Assembly (NCBI GenBank): GCA_913043025.1
Contig: CAJWLM010000004.1
Span: 76,443 to 140,442, forward strand
DNA: 64,000 nt
Direction: 5' to 3'
From: an uncultured Rhodospirillaceae bacterium
GTDB lineage: Bacteria; Pseudomonadota; Alphaproteobacteria; UBA8366
Of the stretch, positions 26,491-35,673 are shown piece after piece. Every line of letters begins with the position of its first letter. Position 1 is the stretch's first letter. The notes under the pieces are model-generated. The model was not told where the DNA came from, ran no database searches, and was given only the letters and a program-made list of their open reading frames with translations. The translations under genes and the position numbers were made by a program.

Positions 26491-28425
26491 CTAGCTGACC
26501 CGAAATGGATTTCCAATAATGATTTTATAATGTCCCTCCTTTTCCCGATCGCCTTGTAATTTCAGGTATATAAATACAGGTCGACGCTTATCATCGTCGG
26601 ACCAATAGGCAAGATATTGTCCTGCATTCACATTGGGGTTGAGCGCCTTCCAAAAAGACATTGTTGTTGGAACCCTCCGGGTAGCGACACCAATATGATC
26701 CCGCGGAAGGCGCGCTTTTATAGATTTCAGCACCTGTTCAAAACGTCTCCTTGCTTCTATCCCGTGAGCGCTTTCATCTTTTAATTGCTTACTTTTAATT
26801 TTAATTGCAACTAGCCTATTCTTCGCCCGGCTATCAAATTGTGCTTCTACATTTGCTACATCGCGTAACCATCCAGTAGACTTGACGGTGCAAATTAGAT
26901 ACCGGAGGTCAACTTTTTGGCATTTCTCTGCTTTGTGGCGTACTGAGTCGATATTATCAAACCAAGAGAAGCCTAGCATGATCTCGTCATATTTTTGCGC
27001 TTCTGCGCGGAATACAAGAAGTTCATGAAGCCCCTTATCGCCATGCATGGCAGCGAACTCAGCTGCAGTCATTCCCACTTTTGTCTGCGCACCGGGGTTC
27101 GCTCCATGCGTCAGCATTAAGGTCACCAATTTCCGGTTGCCGATGAATGCTGCACGCATAAGTGCAGTGAGTCCATCGTAAAAAGTGTTTAAATCACTAC
27201 CATTTTTAACAAGAAAGTTAGCAAGTTTTTGCATATCAGCTTGGTCATAATTGCTTATAGCTTGATGGAAAAGCTTTGTGCTTGGCACCATTCCAGCATT
27301 CATTAATCCTAGAGCGATAGAATATTTACCCGAAAGTAATGAATGATCAATGGCTGAACGGTATCCTGTTGCGAATTTGTCGCTTACAAATCTGGTGACT
27401 GTATCTAGCTGAACGAGTTCTGGCCTATTGAGTAAAAGATTTTGCGTGAGTTTGACGTTGTTGACCTCAATGGCATCAAATAACTCCTGTTCAAAGGTAT
27501 CTGGATCTTGTGGTATTTTCGTTCCCAGAATCTTCGATTTAAAAGACGCTAACCTGGTCGTGCTTGAATTTGGTTTTGCACGGTTAGGTAGAGAACGTGC
27601 TGTTGAATCGCCATTTTTCTCTTGTTCCAAGTCAGAGATGTCAGTTGATCGATCCTGCTTTTCAATAACAAAAGTACTTTTTATATATGCATACACTTCA
27701 TCGAGCTTGTCGGTGGTGAGGCCCGATAGAGATACGCCAGAGACCAGAACCACCAAAGATATTATTGATGCTCCTAATACCGTAATATGTTTTCGGTATA
27801 AATTGTTTTCAGGCTCGATCGGTTTAGTCTTAAGGTGCTGCGAGTAACGTGGAAAAAGAATTTGGTCTTTCTCATTTTGGCACGATACGTTCTCGGAAGA
27901 TTGTGAAAATACTTTTGTTTTAGATTGGGCCAGAAACGAAGGGCTATCAGTATTTGGTGATCCGAATGGGTGGGCAGATTTATGTAATATGCTTTCGGCG
28001 GGCGTTTCGGGCACCTTCAGGTCTGACTGAATGTCAGACAATTCATTTGCAGCGGGTTGCCCCAAACCCTCCAATTCAATAGACCCGTTGGAAGAAACTT
28101 CTTGCGTGTCGGGAGCTCCTTCTTTTATTTTTTCAAGCAACTCACAATTTATCTCTTGGCTAGCGCAGCTTAAAATTTCTCCGTATCGAACTACCGCTAG
28201 TTCAGTGTAGATCGTTTCACTGCCATCCTTGGGAAGGCTCGCTTTGTTGAGGCGGAGCTCTTGGTATTCATTACTACGAACTAACGTGGTAATATGCGTG
28301 AGTGCAACATTTTGATTATTGCAACTATGAAGGTTATGCCACTCCTTGTTGCGAAAGCCCTGGACCCAATAAAAGTGACTAATAAACAAAATGTTCGAAG
28401 CCTCCTCGTGACGTTCAACAATCAA
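26491..28425 (-). CDS. Single-pass membrane protein with ankyrin repeats
   Basis: 644 aa. TM helix ITVLGASIISLVVLVSGVSLSGL at residues ~214-236. Ankyrin consensus is readable in DGLTALMRAAFIGNRKLVTLMLTHGANPGAQTKVGMTAAEFAAMHGDKGLHELL. The only start candidate at the ORF head is TTG, immediately after an in-frame TAG. Confidence 0.65.
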   Translation of the reverse strand: MIVERHEEASNILFISHFYWVQGFRNKEWHNLHSCNNQNVALTHITTLVRSNEYQELRLNKASLPKDGSETIYTELAVVRYGEILSCASQEINCELLEKIKEGAPDTQEVSSNGSIELEGLGQPAANELSDIQSDLKVPETPAESILHKSAHPFGSPNTDSPSFLAQSKTKVFSQSSENVSCQNEKDQILFPRYSQHLKTKPIEPENNLYRKHITVLGASIISLVVLVSGVSLSGLTTDKLDEVYAYIKSTFVIEKQDRSTDISDLEQEKNGDSTARSLPNRAKPNSSTTRLASFKSKILGTKIPQDPDTFEQELFDAIEVNNVKLTQNLLLNRPELVQLDTVTRFVSDKFATGYRSAIDHSLLSGKYSIALGLMNAGMVPSTKLFHQAISNYDQADMQKLANFLVKNGSDLNTFYDGLTALMRAAFIGNRKLVTLMLTHGANPGAQTKVGMTAAEFAAMHGDKGLHELLVFRAEAQKYDEIMLGFSWFDNIDSVRHKAEKCQKVDLRYLICTVKSTGWLRDVANVEAQFDSRAKNRLVAIKIKSKQLKDESAHGIEARRRFEQVLKSIKARLPRDHIGVATRRVPTTMSFWKALNPNVNAGQYLAYWSDDDKRRPVFIYLKLQGDREKEGHYKIIIGNPFRVS

Positions 28426-28705
28426 CTATTGGCGTATTTGTTACTCTTTGCGCATCTGAAACATTAAGATTTCCATAATAGCTATACAATATATAGTAAG
28501 GAATAAAAAATTGGCACCAAATGTTGAACTAAAATGGTTGGGTGTCAAGCCACACAGGATGTAAATCCCTATTCTCCAACCCCCTATTAGCCTGGGGTCC
28601 GTACCTTTTGGCGAGAATCTCTGATTTTAATCTCATTATTTGTGATTAACGGAATGGAATTAGCAGTATGACTGCGGATTATTGAAGAGTTCAGCTTCGT
28701 TGTGA

Positions 28706-29326
28706 TCATTGCAAGCGGTTTTCTATCCTCGCCAGCAAGCCCTTTAGTCCCGTCTTTTTGATGATAGCAGCAAACTCCGAACGTTGTGTAACTGCCATGC
28801 TGATTCCTTCGACATATACATCGATAATTTTTAGCTGCCCTTTAAAATTCCTTACTCGCCAATTACATTTGATTGACGGACTTCCATTGGTTTGGAGAAT
28901 ACGAGAATGCACAATGATATCGCCTTTGCCAGCGTCGGAGGCTCGAGTAACTTGAAATGTCTCTCCGGAATATCCACCGAGCCGTGCTGCATACGTTTTG
29001 AGAACCCATTCGGAAAACAGATGTTCATATTTACGGCGTTGAGAGCTGTTCATTTGTCGCCAATGAATGCCAATAACAAAACGGGCTATTCTTTTCATTG
29101 CAAATTCTTTTTGCAAAATAGCGCGTAATTTTTTTTCACGGTTTGCAATTGTGCCAGTTGTATCACCAAGCGTGGCTAACGCTTTGGTTGCTAGCGATTG
29201 AATAAACCGTTGTGAGTCACCTATGGCGGTGTGAGCTTGCGCGGTGCCAGCATGGCTAGAGGTATGACTGCCGATTAACAATAATAAAATTAAGATTATT
29301 ATTATGTTCGGTCGAAAAGCTCTCAT
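28706..29326 (-). CDS. MlaC/Ttg2D-family periplasmic lipid-binding protein (orphan; no mlaDEF nearby)
   Basis: 206 aa with a signal peptide. IARFVIGIHWRQMNSSQRRKYEHLFSEWVLKTYAARLGGYSG...LKIIDVYVEGISMAVTQRSEF matches the MlaC family pattern. Confidence 0.8.
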   Translation of the reverse strand: MRAFRPNIIIILILLLLIGSHTSSHAGTAQAHTAIGDSQRFIQSLATKALATLGDTTGTIANREKKLRAILQKEFAMKRIARFVIGIHWRQMNSSQRRKYEHLFSEWVLKTYAARLGGYSGETFQVTRASDAGKGDIIVHSRILQTNGSPSIKCNWRVRNFKGQLKIIDVYVEGISMAVTQRSEFAAIIKKTGLKGLLARIENRLQ

Positions 29327-29684
29327 ACTAAAAATTCCAAACTCATAAAAGATTATGCAGGAGTTCCCTGCTTTTCGCCTCTACATGAAAGTCAGTGCGT
29401 GTAAGAGAATGGGCACCCCGCACCTAAAACTTCTATGTAGGCAAAGTGCATTCTAAAGTACAGTAATGGTTATAAAGATAGTAAATTCAAAATTACAAGC
29501 GAAGAAGTATGAGATTTAATCAAACTAGCTTAACTACCTGTACAATATGCAAAACATTTTTTTTGTGCGCGCGATTATGTCTGCTCCAATGTAGCCATGT
29601 TAACGTATAATTAGAACTCGACAATCGATTCGGGTTTAATTGGGTCTTCTGCGATGTTTTTTTATATGAGTGTGTGGGGGGGTA

Positions 29685-30584
29685 ATGCTTCTTAATGATC
29701 ATTTTGAATGGGGGAGCCGTTGTTACCTAATGGGCATCTTGAACGTAACTCCAGATTCATTTTCGGGTGATGGAGTGCTGGGTCAAGGAGACCCAATATC
29801 TGTTGCGGTTGATCAAGCATGCACATTTTTCAATCATGGGGCTGACATAATTGATATTGGCGGTGAAAGTACCCGCCCTGGTGCAACACCCGTAGGAGTT
29901 TCTGAAGAAATTGATCGTGTGGTGCCTGTGATTGAGGCAGTTACCTCTGCTTTACCTGAATGCATAATTTCAATCGATACAAGCAAAGCTGAAGTTGCCG
30001 CTGCTGCATTAGTTGCAGGAGCTGATATCATTAATGATATTTGGGCTTTGAAGCACGATAAAAATATTGCAGCTGTAGCAGCTGATGCAAGGGCACCCGT
30101 GATCCTAATGCACAATGCAAGCTGTGCATTTAAAGTTGAAAAGCTTGAAAAGGGGGGTGCTCAGTATACTCCACGTAGCTATGAACATTTGCTGGACGAA
30201 GTGTGCAGTGAATTATCACATAGTGCACACAGAGCGGAAGCAGTAGGTATCCCAACCGATCAAATTATTTTGGATCCAGGTGTAGGGTTTGGCAAGTCAC
30301 CATCGCAGAACTTGTCTCTAATTAATCACTTAGATCGCATACGGGCTCTTGGGTATCCAGTTTTGGTCGGGCCTAGCCGGAAATCATTTATTAGCAGAGT
30401 ATTAGGGGTTGAAGCTGAGTGTCGTGAAGAAGGAACAGCTGCCGCGATAGCCGCTGCCGTTATGCGTGGGGCTGATATAGTGAGAGTTCACGATGTTACT
30501 GCGATGAAACGTATTGTAGACATGTGCAGTGCAATTATCCGTGCTTCAGAAGATGGAAGTATTTCTCCTGAGAGAGTGGCTTGA
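29685..30584 (+). CDS. folP: Dihydropteroate synthase
   Basis: Track start is GTG 29670. ATG 29685 is preceded by a G-rich SD. MGILNVTPDSFSGDG and GADIIDIGGESTRPGA are signature motifs. Confidence 0.92.
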   Translation: MLLNDHFEWGSRCYLMGILNVTPDSFSGDGVLGQGDPISVAVDQACTFFNHGADIIDIGGESTRPGATPVGVSEEIDRVVPVIEAVTSALPECIISIDTSKAEVAAAALVAGADIINDIWALKHDKNIAAVAADARAPVILMHNASCAFKVEKLEKGGAQYTPRSYEHLLDEVCSELSHSAHRAEAVGIPTDQIILDPGVGFGKSPSQNLSLINHLDRIRALGYPVLVGPSRKSFISRVLGVEAECREEGTAAAIAAAVMRGADIVRVHDVTAMKRIVDMCSAIIRASEDGSISPERVA

Positions 30585-30585
30585 T

Positions 30586-31080
30586 ATGGAGGAGGTTTAT
30601 ATTGGGGTTGGTAGCAATGTAGGAGATAGGAAAGCCAATTTGAATAACGCCAGCTGTAAACTCTCAGAATTTATGATTATTACCAATAAATCAGAAGTTT
30701 ATGAGACCGATCCTCAATATGTTCTTAATCAGGCGAAATTTTTTAATGCGGTTCTGTGTGGTTACACCGAATTTGAGCCGTTTGATGTGTTGAAGAAATT
30801 AAAAAAGTTGGAAACTTCGTTAGGCCGTGTTGACGGGCCTCGAAATGGTCCGCGGCTAATTGATCTCGATTTACTCTATTACGGTAGACGTTGCATTTCG
30901 ACTGATACATTGACAGTGCCCCACCCTCGGATACAGGAGCGATATTTCGTACTTCGCCCGCTCTTAGATATTGCGCCAAATTTGAAACATCCTATTAGCG
31001 GTAAAACTGTTAAACAGCTAATTAGAGAGTTGCCGATAGGCACTGGTAAGGGAACACCAACTCTTATGGGACTAGAATGA
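30586..31080 (+). CDS. folK: 2-amino-4-hydroxy-6-hydroxymethyldihydropteridine diphosphokinase
   Basis: Track ORF 30529-31080. ATG 30586 lies 1 nt after the folP stop and gives MEEVYIGVGSNVGDR. Also has RLIDLDLLYY and LTVPHPRIQERYFVLRPL. Confidence 0.9.
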   Translation: MEEVYIGVGSNVGDRKANLNNASCKLSEFMIITNKSEVYETDPQYVLNQAKFFNAVLCGYTEFEPFDVLKKLKKLETSLGRVDGPRNGPRLIDLDLLYYGRRCISTDTLTVPHPRIQERYFVLRPLLDIAPNLKHPISGKTVKQLIRELPIGTGKGTPTLMGLE

Positions 31081-32796
31081 AGTATCTGGTAACGTCATAA
31101 CCTCTTCATAACCATACTCAATTGTTTGCCGGAGTCCCGAGATCTGCGGCAATATGTGACTCGAGTAAAACTTTGCTGTTATTAACTTTGCATTATGAAA
31201 TGCACTTGTTTTATATCTGGGTTGGTTTGCCAGTTCAGTGGCATTGTTTAGTTGAACTCCGCCTGCGACCACACCGAAAATTCTCAAATAAGCATTAGCG
31301 CCAGCCAATGCCGGGTTTACCGTGGTTACCGAATTTTCTAGCATCCAATCTGTTAACTCCGCTAGATGATCAAGCCCTTGCTGAGTTGCTTGACCGACGT
31401 CATTTTTCGCACCATTTTTTATCGTTTCACGAGCATCATTGATCCATGCAAACATTGCTGTGCCTTTGTCACGTAAAACTTTACGGCTTATCAGGTCAAT
31501 AGACTGAATGCCGTTGGTGCCTTCGTAGATTGGGGCTATGCGCGCATCACGAAAATGCTGAGCTACACCTGTGCTCTCCATGAAGCCAGCACCTCCGTGA
31601 ATTTGAAGAGCAAGGGATGTGATCTCCACGCCGAGATCTGCGCACCATGCCTTGACCATTGGGATCAGTAAATTAATTCGAGCTTGTTGTGCTATTCCCG
31701 GTGATTTTTTTGCATAATCAAGTGCAAGTGCTGCGTCAAAAATCACTGCACGCATTGCTTCAATTTGGGCTTTCATTGTCATTAACATGCGCCGGATATC
31801 GGGATGTTTTACGATTGGCCCAAATTGATGACGTTCCTTAGCGTAGTCTCGAGCTTGCTGGTATGCGCGTTCAGCGATTGCAAGGCCAGAGATCCCGATG
31901 TTTAGACGAGCGTTATTCATCATCGTAAACATTGCGTTTAGACCTCTCCCTTCCTCGCCAACTAGGTAGCCCACGGCTCCATCGTTATCGCCGTAAGACA
32001 TTACACAAGTGGGACTTGCATTAATGCCTAGCTTTTTCTCAAGAGATAAACATCGCAAATCATTAAGGGCACCAAGTGTGCCATCCGGATTTACGAGAAC
32101 TTTTGGAACTATGAATAATGAAATACCCTTTGGCCCACTGTTTGCTTCTGGCGTGCGAGCAAGCACGAAATGGATGATGTTATCGGCCATGTCGTGGTCG
32201 CCGTACGTGATGTAAATTTTTTGTCCTTGAATATTATAATGATCGCCTGCTGGTATTGCTTTGCAGCTTAATTTCCCCAAGTCCGATCCAGCGTGCGGTT
32301 CAGTCAAATTCATAGTCCCTGACCATGAGCCAGAAATAAGTTTACCAAGGTAGAGTGATTTCTGCTCATCAGTTCCATGCTCACTGAGAAGTTCAACCGC
32401 TCCGGTAGTAAGGATTTGGCATAACGACCATGATGTATTAGCGGAAATCCACATTTCCTGTGTTGCTGCCGCGAGGACCCACGGCAGGTTTTGCCCGCCA
32501 TAGACTGGATTGAAAGGAAGAGATGCCCAGCCTCCGTCCACAAATTTTTGATAGGCCTCCGCAAATCCATCTGGTGTGCTCACCACTCCATCGCTGATTG
32601 AGGCACCCTCTATGTCGGCTGTGTGGTTTATTGGTGCCAACACCTCCCGGGCAAATGTTCCACTTCCCTCTAAAACTGCATCAATCACGTCATTTCCAAG
32701 GTTTTCAAAGGCAGATAATTTGCGCAGACGATCTATCACCCCCATCTCATGCAGACAGAACTGCATGTCGCGAAGCGGCGGCACGTAATCGGTCAC
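31072..32796 (-). CDS. Large (574 aa) acyl-CoA dehydrogenase with extra N- and C-terminal domains (the family that includes DmdC-type enzymes)
   Basis: GTG start. MTDYVPPLRDMQFCLHEM opening, NLTEPHAGSD, IHGGAGFMESTGVAQHFRDARIAPIYEGTNGIQ, and a ~150-aa C-terminal extension. Confidence 0.85.
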   Translation of the reverse strand: MTDYVPPLRDMQFCLHEMGVIDRLRKLSAFENLGNDVIDAVLEGSGTFAREVLAPINHTADIEGASISDGVVSTPDGFAEAYQKFVDGGWASLPFNPVYGGQNLPWVLAAATQEMWISANTSWSLCQILTTGAVELLSEHGTDEQKSLYLGKLISGSWSGTMNLTEPHAGSDLGKLSCKAIPAGDHYNIQGQKIYITYGDHDMADNIIHFVLARTPEANSGPKGISLFIVPKVLVNPDGTLGALNDLRCLSLEKKLGINASPTCVMSYGDNDGAVGYLVGEEGRGLNAMFTMMNNARLNIGISGLAIAERAYQQARDYAKERHQFGPIVKHPDIRRMLMTMKAQIEAMRAVIFDAALALDYAKKSPGIAQQARINLLIPMVKAWCADLGVEITSLALQIHGGAGFMESTGVAQHFRDARIAPIYEGTNGIQSIDLISRKVLRDKGTAMFAWINDARETIKNGAKNDVGQATQQGLDHLAELTDWMLENSVTTVNPALAGANAYLRIFGVVAGGVQLNNATELANQPRYKTSAFHNAKLITAKFYSSHILPQISGLRQTIEYGYEEVMTLPDTSF

Positions 32797-32808
32797 AACC
32801 TTTTCCCT

Positions 32809-34251
32809 TTAGAGTAGTTTGCCAGGATTCATGATCTTGTTAGGATCCAAAGTATTCTTCAACTGTCTCATTAAATATAGATCGATCGATGGCGTATAAT
32901 GAAGAAACGAATCACGTTTAAGCTGTCCGATCCCGTGCTCGGCGCTGAGGGATCCTCCCAAAGACGCGACGATGTCTAAAACTATTTCATTGATCTTGTC
33001 CTTATGAAGGAAAAAAGATTTATCCTTCATTGTTTTTGGCTTTGCGAAGTTAAAATGTAAATTGCCATCCCCTACATGGCCAAAGTATATCGGGCGGATA
33101 CCTGGCAGGTACTGATTTACCGCCAAAATCGCAGTTTCGACAAATTCGGGGATAGAGCTTACGGGGACAGAGATGTCGTGCTTCACACTAGCCCCTTCAA
33201 TTTTTTCTGCCTCCGGCAAAAATTCGCGTAGTCTCCACAATGCTTGCCGCTGAGTCTCAGATTTTGCGATGACTGCATCGGATACCAAACCATCTGTTAG
33301 CGCAGATTCTAGAAAACCTTCCATGATTTCTTCATTCACTTCAGCACTACTCGAAAACTCGATCAAAGCGTAAAGTTCGGAGGGCTCAGCGAGTGGGTCT
33401 GCCAAATTTTTTCCATGCTGAAAGGCAAGCTCCAAAGGTGGGCGAGTGATTAATTCAAAGCTGCTTACTCCATCGCCACTGCGATGACGCGCACGGTCCA
33501 GAAGCTCGATAATTTCTTGCAGGCCTACTACGGCGGCAAAACAGGTATCAAAATGTTTTGGTTTAGGGAAAAGTTTCAAAGTAGCAGCGGTAATTATGCC
33601 AAGTGTACCCTCAGAACCAATGAAAAGATGCTTGAGATCATAACCCGTATTGTCTTTACGCAACCCTTTTAAGCCGCTCCAAATCTCACCATTTGGCAAG
33701 ACTGTCTCAAGCCCCAGAACAAGATCACGCATATTACCGTAACGAAGAACGTTAACTCCGCCGGCATTCGTTGCCAGGTTCCCACCAATTTGGCAGGACC
33801 CTTCTGCACCTAAACTCAACGGGAAAAGACGATCTATTTGAGCTGCCTCTTTTTGAATATTTTGAAGCACACATCCTGCTTCGACGGCGATCGTGTAGTT
33901 AAGTGGGTCGAGGTGCCGAATTTTATTCAATCGAGCTGTGCTTACGATTATGGAACTGCCGCTATCGTCTGGTGTTGCGGCCCCGTTCATCCCTGTATTT
34001 CCACCCTGAGGCACAATCTTTATATTATATTCGTTGCATATACAGACAATATCCGCAATTTGCTGAGTTGTATCAGGTCGGAGTGCCAGAGGGGAGATGC
34101 CCCGAAATTGCCCGCGCCAATCCAATAGATATGGCGCTAAGTCTGCTTCATTTGATATAAAACCCTTATGTCCGACGACATTTTTTAGTTGCTCAAGGGC
34201 TTCAACGGGCAGCAGACTTCTTGAATCATCAGGAGACATAATTGTTCTCAT
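32809..34251 (-). CDS. FAD-linked oxidase (GlcD / D-2-hydroxyacid dehydrogenase family)
   Basis: 480 aa. PCMH-type FAD domain (IVPQGGNTGMNGAATP, NAGGVNVLRYGNMRDLVLGLE, KDNTGYDL). C-terminal GGSLSAEHGIGQLK. Confidence 0.85.
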   Translation of the reverse strand: MRTIMSPDDSRSLLPVEALEQLKNVVGHKGFISNEADLAPYLLDWRGQFRGISPLALRPDTTQQIADIVCICNEYNIKIVPQGGNTGMNGAATPDDSGSSIIVSTARLNKIRHLDPLNYTIAVEAGCVLQNIQKEAAQIDRLFPLSLGAEGSCQIGGNLATNAGGVNVLRYGNMRDLVLGLETVLPNGEIWSGLKGLRKDNTGYDLKHLFIGSEGTLGIITAATLKLFPKPKHFDTCFAAVVGLQEIIELLDRARHRSGDGVSSFELITRPPLELAFQHGKNLADPLAEPSELYALIEFSSSAEVNEEIMEGFLESALTDGLVSDAVIAKSETQRQALWRLREFLPEAEKIEGASVKHDISVPVSSIPEFVETAILAVNQYLPGIRPIYFGHVGDGNLHFNFAKPKTMKDKSFFLHKDKINEIVLDIVASLGGSLSAEHGIGQLKRDSFLHYTPSIDLYLMRQLKNTLDPNKIMNPGKLL

Positions 34252-34639
34252 TTTGTCTTTCTTAACGAATCTTACGCTTTATGTTACCATAATGATAAGT
34301 AAGGTAATCAGTTTGACGTTAAGTCACCATTAAAATTTTAATTCGAAATACACATTTAAAAAGTCAGGGATTAAAAAGTCTAAAACAGTTCATCATAACA
34401 CGCCTTTTTTTTTTAATAATAGATTGCCGATTATCTTTCTCAAGCCAATCTGACCTGAAAATCCATAACTCTTCTGTTGCAGGGCCTATGAAATTAAAAC
34501 TTCATAAAACCAAGCTATTGTTTTGAATAAATTTCGAATGCTATATCTCAAGACTATTAGATTAAAACTTTGTGGTATGCTGACAATCGCTCGGCCTTTT
34601 GTCTCGTTGGTGGATTATAATTTTACTCGAGCCTTTGGC

Positions 34640-35584
34640 CTATCGGCAGGCGGCACGCTCCAGCCTATCATTGATCGCCCAACCGATAGTCTCGGTCGGT
34701 ATTGGCATCACGGCGATTCCTTTTGCTGGCATTGAGTCAAGCTGATGCAAATATGCGAAAAGATTTGCAGCCGCCTCTAATAAATCTCCCGTCGGGCTTA
34801 AGTTCAAGTCAGCATTGATTGCATCTTTGCCGAATCCTAGGAATACTTCACCTGGCCGTGGCTTTTGTGCATTTATTCGTAGGGCTAAAGAGGGAGCATA
34901 GTGGTTAACAAGCATTCCCGGCGACTTAATGTCGGTGCCATTTCCAGTGTCCTGAAGTAATTTCTGGCCAATCGCCTGCTCCATCATCTCGCTTGGTAGT
35001 CCGCCGGGCCGCAATATCACGGGAATATTATTGCTCACATCGACTACCGTAGATTCCAACCCAATGTCGCAAGGACCACCATCAAGAATTAATGACACTT
35101 TTCTCTTAAGCTGGTTAGCAACATGTTCTGCACAGGTAGGACTTAGTCGACCTGAAAGATTAGCGCTTGGCGCTGCGATTGGTTTACGGGCAGCTGTAAT
35201 CAATCCTCTTGCAGCTGCGCTGGCAGGAACCCGAAGCGCGACCGTATCGAGTCCAGCGCTTGCAAGTGGTGATATTTCACATCTTTCCTGGCGCGGAAGA
35301 ATGAGCGTTAGGGGGCCGGGCCAAAATGCATCCGCTAGAGCTTTAGCCGAGCTATTTAAAACTGCGTGTTTATGAGCCTCGCCTTGATCGCTTAAATGAA
35401 CAATTAATGGATTGAAACTAGGTCTATTTTTAGCGGCAAATATTTTTGCTACTGCTTGACTATCTTTTGCGTTCGCGCCGAGCCCATAAACAGTCTCAGT
35501 TGGGAAAGCTACCAAATTACCTTTGGCAAGCAGTTGACCTCCGAATTTAATACTAGCCTTGTTAACCTGTCTTATCAATTTCAT
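34640..35584 (-). CDS. tsaC: L-threonylcarbamoyladenylate synthase (Sua5/YwlC-type TsaC, YrdC + Sua5 domains)
   Basis: 314 aa. VAFPTETVYGLGANA, KNRPSFNPLIVH, PSANLSGR. Confidence 0.9.
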   Translation of the reverse strand: MKLIRQVNKASIKFGGQLLAKGNLVAFPTETVYGLGANAKDSQAVAKIFAAKNRPSFNPLIVHLSDQGEAHKHAVLNSSAKALADAFWPGPLTLILPRQERCEISPLASAGLDTVALRVPASAAARGLITAARKPIAAPSANLSGRLSPTCAEHVANQLKRKVSLILDGGPCDIGLESTVVDVSNNIPVILRPGGLPSEMMEQAIGQKLLQDTGNGTDIKSPGMLVNHYAPSLALRINAQKPRPGEVFLGFGKDAINADLNLSPTGDLLEAAANLFAYLHQLDSMPAKGIAVMPIPTETIGWAINDRLERAACR

Positions 35585-35673
35585 CTTAATGGCTTACACT
35601 TGCTCAATCGTACTTGCAATCTCTCTAAAGCTTTGAGACAAGGCAACGTAGAAAAATATTAAGGGAGAAACTA

